Source: Nitrosopumilaceae archaeon (GTDB taxonomy: Archaea; Thermoproteota; Nitrososphaeria; Nitrososphaerales; Nitrosopumilaceae). From it: a DNA stretch of 64,000 nt. A program made the translations under genes and the position numbers. Each line of letters opens with the position of its first letter. Position 1 is the stretch's first letter. Under the pieces are notes generated by a model, which worked only from the letters and a program-made list of their open reading frames with translations, did no database searches and was not told where the DNA came from. Shown here piece after piece: positions 20,012-29,993 of this stretch. The stretch spans positions 1,920,001 to 1,984,000 of the forward strand of contig OZ242365.1 of assembly GCA_965208905.1 (NCBI GenBank), given 5' to 3'.

Positions 20012-20589
20012 AGATACTCATAATAGACAACTATGACTCTTTTGTGTATAATATAGCCCAATATGTTGGAAGTGTCGGCGTTGACTGCCAAGTTGTACGA
20101 AACGATGTAATAGACACACAGGCAGTCATAGATGGCAGATACGATGGCATAATAATATCGCCAGGTCCGGGGACACCCTCAGAACGCAGATACTTTGGTG
20201 CCTGCTCAGACATAATAAGGGATTTAAGCTCCACCACACCCATACTGGGAGTCTGCCTAGGACATCAGGGGATCATCGAAGCGTATGGTGGAAGAGTCAC
20301 CAATGCCGGGAACGTGATGCATGGCAAGACCAGCCTCATCAAACATGATGGTGTCGGCATATTCAAAGGTCTCCCCTCACCGCTGCGAGCCACACGATAC
20401 CACAGCCTAGTGGGAGAAAAGACAACAATACCTGCATCTCTGAAGGTGACCGCCGTGGCCGAGGATGATGGCGAGGTCATGGCCGTGCGTCACAAGAACC
20501 ACCCAGTCATAGGGGTACAGTTCCATCCCGAGTCCATAATGACCGAATATGGAATAGATATGATCAAGAATTTTTTGGAGGAGATATAG
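20008..20589 (+). CDS. trpG: anthranilate synthase component II (glutamine amidotransferase)
   Basis: IDNYDSF, SPGPG, GVCLGHQ and QFHPES motifs. Confidence 0.96.
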   Translation: MKILIIDNYDSFVYNIAQYVGSVGVDCQVVRNDVIDTQAVIDGRYDGIIISPGPGTPSERRYFGACSDIIRDLSSTTPILGVCLGHQGIIEAYGGRVTNAGNVMHGKTSLIKHDGVGIFKGLPSPLRATRYHSLVGEKTTIPASLKVTAVAEDDGEVMAVRHKNHPVIGVQFHPESIMTEYGIDMIKNFLEEI

Positions 20590-20590
20590 T

Positions 20591-21565
20591 GTGGATGCAG
20601 ATTCGGCGATGATGACTTTACTCTCTGGTGATAATACTGATCAATACAACGCCAAAATAATAGAGTCTTTAGATGATGCCAATGATTCAGATGTCATATC
20701 AATGATAATGGTGATGAAGAGATGCATGATTCCCGTGCAACTATACAACGATGATGTAATTGATATGTGTGGTACCGGCGGGGATCAGTTGGGCACATTC
20801 AACATATCAACGGCAGCAACCTTTGTGGCAGCAGCAGCCGGAGCCCGCATAGCCAAGCACGGAAACCGTTCCAGCTCTGGCGGCATAGGGAGTGCAGACA
20901 TATTTGAGATGCTGGGTGTGCAGATAAATAACATAAACCCTCATGCAATGCTCAAAGGGCATAATCTCTGTTTTCTGTTTGCGCAGAGATATCATCCGGC
21001 CGTCCGGCATGTGGCGGGAGCCAGACGCATACTAAGTAGGCGAACCATATTCAACATGCTAGGGCCCTTGTGCAATCCTGCCAACGTCAGATATCAGCTT
21101 GTAGGCGTATCAGATTATACAATGTTAGAGAGGATACCCCGCATAATGAGCAGATGTGGCTCTATACGCGTAATGAGTGTAATATCAAAAAATGGTCTTG
21201 ATGAGCTATCATCCACATCATCAAGTATGATATGTCTGTACAAGGATGGCCACAGTACCGTATTTAATATGAGTGTAGATGATTTAGGTATATCAGAGTC
21301 GCCCCTAAGCGATATAATACCAGATACAAAACATGAGTCATTGCAGTACTTTGTGGGCGGCATAAGCGGCAATGCCACAGATGGCATAGTACATACAACG
21401 GCGCTAAATGCTGCAGCTGGCATGGTAGTGGCAGGCATGGCAGACACAATACCGGAAGGGTTTGATATTGCCATGGACACCATAAAGTCTGGGCGAGCGC
21501 TACATACACTATGTGAGTTTGTGAGGGAGTTTGGAGATATTGCAGTCTTGGAGGGTATGACTTGA
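20591..21565 (+). CDS. trpD: anthranilate phosphoribosyltransferase
   Basis: DMCGTGGD, NIST, KHGNRS and GLDE motifs. Confidence 0.95.
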   Translation: MDADSAMMTLLSGDNTDQYNAKIIESLDDANDSDVISMIMVMKRCMIPVQLYNDDVIDMCGTGGDQLGTFNISTAATFVAAAAGARIAKHGNRSSSGGIGSADIFEMLGVQINNINPHAMLKGHNLCFLFAQRYHPAVRHVAGARRILSRRTIFNMLGPLCNPANVRYQLVGVSDYTMLERIPRIMSRCGSIRVMSVISKNGLDELSSTSSSMICLYKDGHSTVFNMSVDDLGISESPLSDIIPDTKHESLQYFVGGISGNATDGIVHTTALNAAAGMVVAGMADTIPEGFDIAMDTIKSGRALHTLCEFVREFGDIAVLEGMT

Positions 21566-22338
21566 GTGGCACACTACAGAGACTAGCAGAGAACTCACGC
21601 AGAGCCATAGATGATGGCATATACAATGTACAAAATACACACCATCATATCAGGCATGATATGGTAGGAGTAATCAAGGCCAAAAGAGAGGGGGCATGTA
21701 TAATATCCGAAGTCAAGTTTGCATCACCATCATTGGGTACCATTACGACGTATACGGACCATACTACAATATCTCAAAAGATGGTATCTGGGGGGGCGGC
21801 AGCAATATCTGTACTGACACAGCCGTACCTGTTTGGAGGCTCACCAGAATACTTTACAGAGATAAGGGAGTCCGTATCAGTACCCATGCTGATGAAGGAC
21901 ATAATATTAGATCATACACAGATTGATGCAGCATTTAATATCGGTGCGGACTGTATCTTGTTGATACAGGCCATATTTGATGCCGGCCACGCCTCGAACA
22001 TTGATGAGTACATATCAAAGGCTCATGATTACAATATGCAGGTACTGTTGGAGGTGCACAGTGATGGAGAGCTAGAGTCCGCCTTGAAGACAGACTGTGA
22101 TATAATAGGAGTGAACAATCGCAATCTGGACACTCTAAAGATATCGCTGAACACAACAGAGCATGTGCTGCGTGATTATGCAGATGAGCGGCCTGCCATA
22201 TCCGAGAGTGGCATAGAGTCGCCTGATGACATAGTATATTTAAACGGGTGCGGCGCCTCGGCATTTTTGGTGGGAACCAGTATAATGAAGGGTGGTAATA
22301 TTAAGAGAGGCGTAGAAAGGTTAGTGAAGGCACTATGA
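21562..22338 (+). CDS. trpC: indole-3-glycerol phosphate synthase
   Basis: [20 protein letters not shown] and SESGI motifs. Confidence 0.96.
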   Translation: MSGTLQRLAENSRRAIDDGIYNVQNTHHHIRHDMVGVIKAKREGACIISEVKFASPSLGTITTYTDHTTISQKMVSGGAAAISVLTQPYLFGGSPEYFTEIRESVSVPMLMKDIILDHTQIDAAFNIGADCILLIQAIFDAGHASNIDEYISKAHDYNMQVLLEVHSDGELESALKTDCDIIGVNNRNLDTLKISLNTTEHVLRDYADERPAISESGIESPDDIVYLNGCGASAFLVGTSIMKGGNIKRGVERLVKAL

Positions 22339-23486
22339 GTAAATTTGGAGATTTTGGGGGGGCATACATACCAGAGACTCTGGTACCTGCAGTGGAGGAG
22401 CTACAGCAAGAGTATGCTAGATTCTCGCAAGAGTCTTCATTTAGGTCAGAGTTGGAGTCTTATTTGAAGGACTATGCTGGTAGATATACGCCCATATATC
22501 ACGCCAAGAATCTATCCAAACGTATAGGCGGAGCCCAGATACATCTAAAGCGAGAGGATCTCTGCCATGGTGGCGCCCACAAGATAAATAATACATTGGG
22601 CCAGGCATTGCTGGCCAAACGAATGGGAAAGAGGCGCATAATAGCCGAGACCGGAGCTGGCCAACACGGTGTAGCCACTGCCATGGCCTGCGCAGCTTTA
22701 GGTATGAAGGCCGAAGTATACATGGGAAGCAAGGATGTAGAGAGGCAACGACTGAACGTATACAGAATGAAGTTGTTGGGCGCAGATGTCATACCTGTCA
22801 AGGCAGGTTCGCGCACACTCAAAGATGCCATCAATGATGCCATTCGAGACTGGATAACCAATGTAAATGACACGTATTATCTTTTAGGATCTGCGGTGGG
22901 ACCCCACCCATATCCCACAATGGTACGGGACTTTCAGAGTGTTATAGGGGAGGAGATTTTAGAGCAGATGGGAGTGCCGGATGTTGCCATTGCTTGTGTG
23001 GGGGGCGGATCCAATGCAATTGGCACATTTCATCCCTTGTATAATAAATCAACAAAACTGATAGGTGTTGAGGCTGGAGGTAGTGGTCTTGATAGTGGGT
23101 TGCATTCGGCTACACTGTCGGCGGGGCGGCCAGGAATACTACATGGTATGTTGTCATATCTGCTACAAGACGATACAGGGCAGGTACTTGAGACACACTC
23201 CATATCTGCTGGATTGGACTATCCGGGTGTAGGGCCCGAGCACTCGTACTACAAGGATAGTGGGCGTGTCACGTATAGTGTGGCCACAGATTCAGAGGTG
23301 GCAGACGCATTTACCACATTGTGTAAAACCGAGGGTATAATACCTGCCTTGGAGTCGGCGCATGCACTGGCAGAGGCCATAAAGGTTGCGCCTACTATGA
23401 AAGCATCCGAGGATATCATAGTCACACTGTCTGGACGCGGCGATAAGGATATGGACATCATAAGGAGATATTATGAGCAGAATTGA
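22335..23486 (+). CDS. trpB: tryptophan synthase beta chain
   Basis: [18 protein letters not shown] and [11 protein letters not shown] motifs. Confidence 0.98.
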   Translation: MSKFGDFGGAYIPETLVPAVEELQQEYARFSQESSFRSELESYLKDYAGRYTPIYHAKNLSKRIGGAQIHLKREDLCHGGAHKINNTLGQALLAKRMGKRRIIAETGAGQHGVATAMACAALGMKAEVYMGSKDVERQRLNVYRMKLLGADVIPVKAGSRTLKDAINDAIRDWITNVNDTYYLLGSAVGPHPYPTMVRDFQSVIGEEILEQMGVPDVAIACVGGGSNAIGTFHPLYNKSTKLIGVEAGGSGLDSGLHSATLSAGRPGILHGMLSYLLQDDTGQVLETHSISAGLDYPGVGPEHSYYKDSGRVTYSVATDSEVADAFTTLCKTEGIIPALESAHALAEAIKVAPTMKASEDIIVTLSGRGDKDMDIIRRYYEQN

Positions 23487-24276
23487 TGATACGTTTGCAG
23501 ACTTGCGCCAGCAAAACCATCGGGCGCTGATACCATATGCGATGGCCGGATATCCGGATTATGATAGTACCTTAAAGATAGTACGGGGCATGGTAAAGGG
23601 AGGTGCAGATATCATAGAGTTGGGGTTTCCATTCTCAGACCCGTTGGCCGATGGGCCAACCATACAGAATGCCGCGACCACCTCACTGAATATTGGCATG
23701 ACACTATCCAAATATTACAGTATGTTAGATGAGATAAGAGACATCACAGATATACCGATTATCTGTATGACATACTCCAATGTAGCGTATAGTGTCGGAT
23801 ATGACAGATTCATATACGATATGCAAAAGCACGGCATAGATGGCATAATACTGCCAGACATGTCAATAGATGAGTCAAAAGAGTACAGAGACATATCAGC
23901 AAAGTATGGCATGGACACCATATTTTTAGCATCCCCGAATAGTACAGATGCAAGGTGTTCTCGTATAATAGAGGCCAGTGATGGCTTTCTGTATCTGGTG
24001 GCGATATATGGAACCACTGGTGCACAGATGGGTGTTCAAAGATATGCAATAGATGCCCTGCTTAGAATAAAGGGTATGAGTAGAGATCTTCCTGTAGGGG
24101 TTGGTTTTGGCATAAGGACCGGTGAGGACATTAAACTGTACGTAAAGAATGGTGCAGACGCCCTAATAGTTGGTAGTGCCATACTGAATGTAGTACGGGA
24201 CGCGCCGCACGACATTGAGACATCTGTATCCAGATATGTCGATACACTAAAGAGAGAGACTACAGAAGGCGCCTGA
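23473..24276 (+). CDS. trpA: tryptophan synthase alpha chain
   Basis: [17 protein letters not shown] and VGFGI motifs. Confidence 0.98.
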   Translation: MSRIDDTFADLRQQNHRALIPYAMAGYPDYDSTLKIVRGMVKGGADIIELGFPFSDPLADGPTIQNAATTSLNIGMTLSKYYSMLDEIRDITDIPIICMTYSNVAYSVGYDRFIYDMQKHGIDGIILPDMSIDESKEYRDISAKYGMDTIFLASPNSTDARCSRIIEASDGFLYLVAIYGTTGAQMGVQRYAIDALLRIKGMSRDLPVGVGFGIRTGEDIKLYVKNGADALIVGSAILNVVRDAPHDIETSVSRYVDTLKRETTEGA

Positions 24277-24664
24277 TCTTGTCTGCTAGTTTGCAGAACT
24301 TTTCATCTGATATGACAAGGCGCGAATTCCATTGTATTGGTCTGTCCGGATGTCGTGGTATTATATGAACATGTACGTGAGGTACCAATTGTTTGGCTGC
24401 AGATCCGTTATTCTGCGCAACATTAAATGCTGTTGTGTCAGTGGACTTGAGTACTGCTGGTGCAATTACAGAGACCAGTGAGAATAGACTGCCAATTGAT
24501 TCAGCATCCATATCAGGTAGTGTTGTGTAGTGCGTCTTTGGTATTATCAGTGTATGGCCCCACGACAGTGGATACCTATCCAAAAATGCCATGTGATGGT
24601 CGTCATCATATAGTGGATAGGCCTTTCTTGTGCCATTCACTATACTACAAAATACGCAATCCAT
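24260..24664 (-). CDS. HIT family hydrolase
   Basis: CVFC, GHTLIIPK and the HVHVH histidine triad. Confidence 0.95.
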   Translation of the reverse strand: MDCVFCSIVNGTRKAYPLYDDDHHMAFLDRYPLSWGHTLIIPKTHYTTLPDMDAESIGSLFSLVSVIAPAVLKSTDTTAFNVAQNNGSAAKQLVPHVHVHIIPRHPDRPIQWNSRLVISDEKFCKLADKIRRLL

Positions 24665-24692
24665 TCTATTGTGGTATAGAATATCAATATAT

Positions 24693-25364
24693 CTAGTCTT
24701 CCAGTTGGAATGTCTTTATTATACGCTCAGCTTCTGCAAGATGAGTGTCATAATCGGCGATATCACTCTCATACTTTACTTCGTATATCATACCCTCGTG
24801 TTCAAAGCTGTATGATATTCCCTGAATGCCAAAGTTGAATATAACCACAGTGTACTCATCAACGTAGCCAGAGTTACCATCTATAATGGCTGTGGATACG
24901 CTTGTGTGATTGAATGCATCTCCAAGGTACTCTTGTATGAGTTCCATCCCCCACTCCCGGTGCTCATCTATATTCTCACCCATTATTCTTGACATGGTTA
25001 CAGATATGGTGGCAGGTATGTCATTCTCTATTGTGTCTGTGTGTACCATGGAGTCACGAATACTTTCGCCCATCTCATCTATGTTGGGAATCTGTCGCTC
25101 CCATGCAGATGGCTGCTCTATACGGTATAGTGATTCGCGCACAACAAAAGTCGAGTCCTCAGATGCCCCCAATGTAATGTATCCCTCATCTACCAGCCAC
25201 TGTACATTTGCCAGATAGTCTGCATCGCCGATGGCGCCCTCAGACCACCATCCTGCAGCGGTCTTTATCCAGTCAGGTATTGCATCAGACTGTGATGATG
25301 CTACAGATATGGTCAATCCAGAACCAAGCACTGCTACAATTGTCAGAATCACCCAAGTATTCAT
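24693..25364 (-). CDS. secreted protein with thaumarchaeal WIKxxAGWW motif and PsbP-like C-terminal domain
   Basis: Signal peptide from the ATG at 25364 (MNTWVILTIVAVLG), then IPDWIKTAAGWWSEG. Ends ERIIKTFQ. Confidence 0.8.
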   Translation of the reverse strand: MNTWVILTIVAVLGSGLTISVASSQSDAIPDWIKTAAGWWSEGAIGDADYLANVQWLVDEGYITLGASEDSTFVVRESLYRIEQPSAWERQIPNIDEMGESIRDSMVHTDTIENDIPATISVTMSRIMGENIDEHREWGMELIQEYLGDAFNHTSVSTAIIDGNSGYVDEYTVVIFNFGIQGISYSFEHEGMIYEVKYESDIADYDTHLAEAERIIKTFQLED

Positions 25365-25679
25365 GACTGTACTTTTAGATATGCAAGTATTATAGTATTT
25401 TGTTTCCCCGGTTCTGTTAACTTGTCGGGATCTGCTTTCCCGTGTTAACTGTCGGGAGTTGACATTGAACTGTTCCACATATGGCGCCTGTTTCAAACGG
25501 AGCCTCATTGTTTAACAGACCTCAATTTCCACTCTGACCTATGTTTCTGCCCCACTATTTTGACCCCATTTCCAGTCAGCGCATGGGAGACCGCATACCT
25601 TGGCCGTCCATACAGAGGTCTGATCCACTATCCCTGACCTCTATTATGCACCCCGGCCGGGCGGCCGCGGCGCTCCGGC

Positions 25680-26483
25680 TCACTGCGTGTTCGTCGACAG
25701 GGAGTCCCATACCAGGTTGGCCGCGATCGTCGAGAGGAACACGGCCGCGATCGTCCGGAGGTGGCCCTCCTTCATCAGTAGGGAGATGCGGGCCCCGACC
25801 AAGCCGCCGGCCAGCCCTCCCGCCGCGAACAACAGACTCATGACCGCGTCTGTGTGGCCCAGCAGCGCGTGCATGATTATGGCGGCGGTCGACGTCATCA
25901 ATATGGCCAGCATGGAGGTGGGCGCGGCGCGCATCATTCCCATTCCCACCACTGCCACCAGGAGCGGCACGAACACCACACCGCCCCCTATACCGAAGAA
26001 CGAGGATATTATGCCCGCCATAAAGCTGGCCGAGGCGGAGAGCACCATGACGAGGCGCGCGTTGGATATGCCGTTACCGCCCAGCTTGGAACGGAGGAAT
26101 ATGTATGCGGCCGAGGCGGCAAGCACCGCGGCGAACAGTATTCCGAACATCCCCGAATCCGCGTCCGCTAGCACGATGGCCCCCAGTACGGTGCCCGGGG
26201 TGGCCAGCACTCCCAGCCTGATCGCCATGGGATAATCTATGCGCTTTTGGCGCGCGTAGGCCGCCGCCGAGCTGGCTGAGCTGGAAAGGGTGGCCGCCAG
26301 GCCGGCCGAGGCCGCCACCGGTGGGGGTATCCCCATGAGCATCAGTACGGGTGTTATGATCAGGCCGCCCGCAAGGCCTACCATGGAGGCCACGGCGCAT
26401 GCGCCCGCCGACAGGGCCACCATCCCCGCATGCGCCCACAAGTCCGGCGCGGCGGCCGACTCTATTACCAAGCCTGACTCCAC
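25680..26483 (-). CDS. TauE/SafE family (sulfite exporter-like) membrane protein
   Basis: Two repeats of G(L/I)xGGxxxxP with multiple TM helices. Lies in a visibly GC-rich segment. Confidence 0.9.
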   Translation of the reverse strand: MESGLVIESAAAPDLWAHAGMVALSAGACAVASMVGLAGGLIITPVLMLMGIPPPVAASAGLAATLSSSASSAAAYARQKRIDYPMAIRLGVLATPGTVLGAIVLADADSGMFGILFAAVLAASAAYIFLRSKLGGNGISNARLVMVLSASASFMAGIISSFFGIGGGVVFVPLLVAVVGMGMMRAAPTSMLAILMTSTAAIIMHALLGHTDAVMSLLFAAGGLAGGLVGARISLLMKEGHLRTIAAVFLSTIAANLVWDSLSTNTQ

Positions 26484-26887
26484 GGCCTATACGGCCGCCA
26501 CAATGCACACAATAACATCACATACCAAAGCGCCCCCGTATACGCAGATCCCACACCCCCCGGCGCGTATGGCGGCATGCCATCCCCGTGGCTGGCGGGC
26601 GGCTCGCCGGCCCGGATCGTTCCGGCCTCCCGCAGCAGGATGATCTCGACGGCTGCCGTGTGCCTGCAGGCGGCGCCCTTTCGCTGGACATGGTACGGGT
26701 AGTCGCAGACGATACCACCCTCGGTGATGGCCACCATGTGCCAGAATACCGGCGAGGACTCGCTGGCCACCTCCCACCGGCTCCTGTCGATGCTGCGGAT
26801 CATCTCGTCGGAGTCGGCCATCCGGACGGCCACCCTCCTTATCGCTTGGGAAGATGCCCCGTTCTTCAGGCGCTTCTTTCCGGCCAT
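26465..26887 (-). pseudogene. N-terminal SWIM zinc-finger fragment of an archaeal DDE (IS6-like) transposase
   Basis: WEVASES...CDYPYH...ACRHTAAVE is a SWIM CxC...CxH motif with one Cys>Tyr change. No DDE domain follows. Confidence 0.6.
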
Positions 26888-26946
26888 GGTACGTGTATAT
26901 CACTCGTGACATATAGATCTTGCGCCGTCAAATACGGGATCGGCAT

Positions 26947-27134
26947 ATGTCGCACATGACCAAAGGGTCCGGGCGACCGACTCTACCGTGGCGGTGACGA
27001 CCAACGTGCAGGCCGGCACCAGATACAGCAACATACCCAAGTCGGTTCTGGTAAAACTGGGCAACCCTGACCGCATCAGGTTCTCAATAAGGGGGGACGC
27101 GGTCATTGCAAAGGCGCCGACGGCTAGACAGTGA
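26947..27134 (+). pseudogene. small AbrB-like DNA-binding protein, frameshifted near its start
   Basis: One frame reads TVAVTTNVQAGTRYSNIPKSVLVKLGNPDRIRFSIRGDAVIAKA (IPK..L.KLG..D.I.F pattern), but the nearby ATGs are out of frame. Confidence 0.5.
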
Positions 27135-27275
27135 ATACCAGAAGTTGGAAATAGCACCCACGTTTGCAGCAGAATCATGCGCGTGGGACTGTAACGTTAT
27201 TGGGTGGGTCGTCCCGACTGTAACAAACGGAGGGTCGTGTAACATCAGGGGGCGGGTACAATACTGCGCAATTTG

Positions 27276-27500
27276 TGAGCTAGTAACTAAACGTCGCGTT
27301 TAGAACCAGATGCCGCTGAGCGACAGATGTTGGTCATATGACCATCCAGAGGAGTTTCCAAGAGACGTTCATTGTCGGCCGGGTTTTGACGCCTAGCCTG
27401 GTGACAGCCTGTACCGGCCATCACGTCACCAACTACACTGGGAGGCGTAAGTGTCGCGAGATGTATCTTTCCTCTCAAGACCATTCCAGCCTTGTTTTGC
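27276..27500 (-). ncRNA. putative omegaRNA scaffold overlapping the tnpB 3' end (element A)
   Basis: Nested stems on the minus strand: ACGCCT/AGGCGT enclosing TGGTGAC/GTCACCA, the palindrome TGGTCATATGACCA, and the hairpin TGTCGC-TCA-GCGGCA just before the TIR. Boundaries are approximate. Confidence 0.55.
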
Positions 27501-28594
27501 AGTTCGTAAACGCCTTGAACGCGCTTACTCCACTGCACTATATAAAAAGCGAAAAGTATGTTGAATGCTGCATTTACGTCCGCATGACACGATACACCGC
27601 AGTTATGGCACCTAAACTTACTACCCTTGCGCCACGTGTTTGTACTACCACACATACAGCACTGTTTTGAGGTGTTCTTTGGGTTTACCTCGATATATTC
27701 TACATTATGTTGTAGGGATTGTTGCGCAATATGGTTACGCGCCTTGCCGCACTGACTTTGTCGCATCAATCTATTCTTGTTTTTCTGACCTTCACCTTTA
27801 CTTGTCATGGTTTTGAGATTCATACCCTCCATGATGATTTTATCACACTGTCTCATTAGTTTCTTGGAGAACTTGCGCATCTTGTCCATCTGTCGATTTC
27901 CCAACTTACGGTATATGCTGTTTAGTGTATCATGCAGTCCGCGCCACTTGTGGGAGTGAAGTTTGCAACGCGACATCTTTTTCTGTATACGCGCTATGTT
28001 GCGCAGTGTGTCTTTCTCGCGTAGTGTAAGCATAGCAATTGTACCATCGGACTTTCCCACAATAAGCGTGTGCTTGCCGCCCATGTCTATACCAGCATGT
28101 ACACCGGTACAGACGCGGTCCGGGACATGCTCGCGTATCGTTACATGTAGTTCAAACTGCCGTTCCTTATCAGCATGGTTCGTAACGTCTACAATCTTGT
28201 ATGATTGTGAGTCTGATGGTAGCCTACCTTTCTGTAATTTGAATGGAATACTACACTTTGGGAAGTATACTACATCACCTTTGGACTTTTTACCCAACGG
28301 CACACTACTATACAGGGGATAAACCTCCCTGCCATACCTCACATAACTACAGTCTTCCATCTTGTGACCTTCCCGTATGGCGCCGCGAGCCCAGGCCTGG
28401 GGGATTGTTCGGCATTTGGTGGCCATCTTATTGGTGTCAAATTCCGACATACCAGCACGACGAGCCTCAATTCCCGCATTGAGCCACATATGGGATTCAG
28501 AATACATTGAGTCAAAATATCGAGTGAGTTTGGTTGATGTCTTGAGACGGTACAGTAGAGTCCTAACAACGTACTTTTCGCCTTTATACTTCAT
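27287..28594 (-). CDS. tnpB: TnpB family RNA-guided endonuclease, catalytic triad intact
   Basis: RuvC-I GIDMGG, RuvC-II IIMEGM, Zn finger CCMC/CHNC, RuvC-III HADVNAAFNI. The TAG stop lies inside the TIR. Confidence 0.93.
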   Translation of the reverse strand: MKYKGEKYVVRTLLYRLKTSTKLTRYFDSMYSESHMWLNAGIEARRAGMSEFDTNKMATKCRTIPQAWARGAIREGHKMEDCSYVRYGREVYPLYSSVPLGKKSKGDVVYFPKCSIPFKLQKGRLPSDSQSYKIVDVTNHADKERQFELHVTIREHVPDRVCTGVHAGIDMGGKHTLIVGKSDGTIAMLTLREKDTLRNIARIQKKMSRCKLHSHKWRGLHDTLNSIYRKLGNRQMDKMRKFSKKLMRQCDKIIMEGMNLKTMTSKGEGQKNKNRLMRQSQCGKARNHIAQQSLQHNVEYIEVNPKNTSKQCCMCGSTNTWRKGSKFRCHNCGVSCHADVNAAFNILFAFYIVQWSKRVQGVYELQNKAGMVLRGKIHLATLTPPSVVGDVMAGTGCHQARRQNPADNERLLETPLDGHMTNICRSAASGSKRDV

Positions 28595-28615
28595 GTGGTA
28601 TAATGAGTTCGGTGG

Positions 28616-28623
28616 TATTTAAG
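28616..28623 (-). promoter_or_regulatory. TATA box of tnpB (leaderless-type spacing)
   Basis: CTTAAATA lies 22-29 nt upstream of the ATG. The same CTTAAATACC...ATTATA-NNN-CATG layout precedes the second tnpB. Confidence 0.6.
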
Positions 28624-28700
28624 CGGTGTATTTGGTAGGTTTGTTTGCTCAACTAACTACAGTAGGCTATGATTGAACGCGACGTTTAGTTACCAACTCA

Positions 28701-28920
28701 GCAATTTACCAAAATAGGGAGGAACGAGCACAAAAAGCACCAGAAGAAAAGGATCTGGTACAACAGCAGATGGATGGTTGAAATAATAATATCCTCGTTC
28801 AAGAGGCTACTGGGCGAGGTTCTCCGGGTGGTAAAACCTGAGTATATGATTATAGGGATTGCTACAAAGATAGCCGCGTATAACAAAACTCAAGACATTA
28901 TGCGCAAGGCCACGGCGTGA
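28701..28920 (+). pseudogene. IS5 family (IS903-like) transposase C-terminal fragment, interrupted by element A
   Basis: Reads QFTKIGRNEHKKHQKKRIWYNSRWMVEIIISSFKRLLGE...KIAAYN. The frame joins GGGYNTAQF (27248-27274) across the TSD. Confidence 0.75.
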
Positions 28921-28944
28921 GGCGGACAGAACTCCGTCTCACGC
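28915..28944 (+). terminator. 12-bp stem-loop at the end of the IS5 fragment
   Basis: GCGTGAGGCGGA-CAGAAC-TCCGTCTCACGC with one G.T pair. Function not established. Confidence 0.4.
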
Positions 28945-28947
28945 GGT

Positions 28948-29373
28948 TTGGTATTCGCATGGCGACTGGACCGTCCAGATCGCGTCAGGTCACGAATTAT
29001 GAAACGCTGTCAGCCCACCGTAAATGACAAGCATAAGGGAGAGGGAGGCGCAAAGCCCGTATATGTAAAGTTTCCCGATCAGCCAGTCATGGAAGTGAAA
29101 TCCTGGACTGCCGTTCACACCAAAGCGATTGAGTGGTTGATTGATACCGGCAAAATCAGCACAGACGAGCAGATAACCATCAAGAGAGGATGGGTGTTGT
29201 ACACGTCAGATGAAGAATATGCAAAGAAGTTCTCCGCACATAAAAAGACTGGGCATGGGTGGTTTGAGTGCAATCGTAGTAGTGAAAACCATATCGATGA
29301 CATTACCAAAATATTTGAACATGCAGGTGTGGACATGGATTTCAAAATCACTATCCGACTAAATGAGGCTTAG
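28948..29373 (+). CDS. hypothetical protein
   Basis: Open frame with protein-like composition. Start uncertain (possibly 28999). Confidence 0.6.
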   Translation: MVFAWRLDRPDRVRSRIMKRCQPTVNDKHKGEGGAKPVYVKFPDQPVMEVKSWTAVHTKAIEWLIDTGKISTDEQITIKRGWVLYTSDEEYAKKFSAHKKTGHGWFECNRSSENHIDDITKIFEHAGVDMDFKITIRLNEA

Positions 29374-29687
29374 ATCTCTGCTTTCACTCTAGGCGCCTAT
29401 TACACAACAGGTATGATATTTGAAACCGCCCCCGGTATTCATATTCCATACCGGTCATGGCTAAGTCACAACTCTAATCAATAGATTTAAGCGGCGCGTA
29501 TTCAAAACAAAGAACCACATACAGTTAAGGCACATGTATTATCGGTAGAATCGCTTCAGAATTATACACGTTGTTTTCGTCAACGGTCGATATAAAAGCG
29601 TCCTGTTGTAATACAACGGCAGCGTCCGTATATGACAAGTTATGAGACGTTGCATTAAGTCGCAGGACCTGGCCAGAACAAGACAGG

Positions 29688-29993
29688 TCAGTCGGCACAC
29701 TCATCTAGCTCGCCAAGATTGTCTTCTTTTGTTTCATTACCCTCAGTTGTGATATAGGTTATGCCATTTAGATTGAAGTGTTTCACTTGGGCGCCGTCTT
29801 CCCATGGACCGCCTTCCTTGTTTCTTGTCCGAAAATCACTTCTGTTTTTAATATCCTCGAGAATCTCGTCTCGAGTTTTCGTCTCTATGAATGCTGACTC
29901 AGAGCCACCAGCATATATGATGCGGCACTTAACACGGATTATTTGGTGATGTTTGTTATACGTGACACATTCAATCAGATAATCGTTTGCCAT
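29688..29993 (-). CDS. DUF3892 family protein
   Basis: TRDEILEDI...GAQVKH...YITTEGNETKEDNLGELDEC C-terminal signature. Confidence 0.8.
   Translation of the reverse strand: MANDYLIECVTYNKHHQIIRVKCRIIYAGGSESAFIETKTRDEILEDIKNRSDFRTRNKEGGPWEDGAQVKHFNLNGITYITTEGNETKEDNLGELDECAD

Larger units (their letters stand above)
27276..28700 (-). mobile_element. 1425-bp TIR-bounded element carrying only tnpB (element A)
   Basis: TIRs TGAGCTAGTAACTAAACGTCGCGTT (27276-27300) and rc TGAGTTGGTAACTAAACGTCGCGTT (28676-28700) match 23/25. Flanks GCAATTTG and GCAATTTA form an 8-bp TSD with one mismatch. Confidence 0.88.

Noticed and set aside
25365-25508. 48-aa N-terminal extension of the secreted protein in the ORF track
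   Set aside because: It runs through repeat/IS-end-like DNA. The signal peptide begins at ATG 25364.
25541-26959. Many overlapping ORFs on both strands
   Set aside because: Expected from high GC and few stop codons. Only TauE and the SWIM fragment show family motifs.
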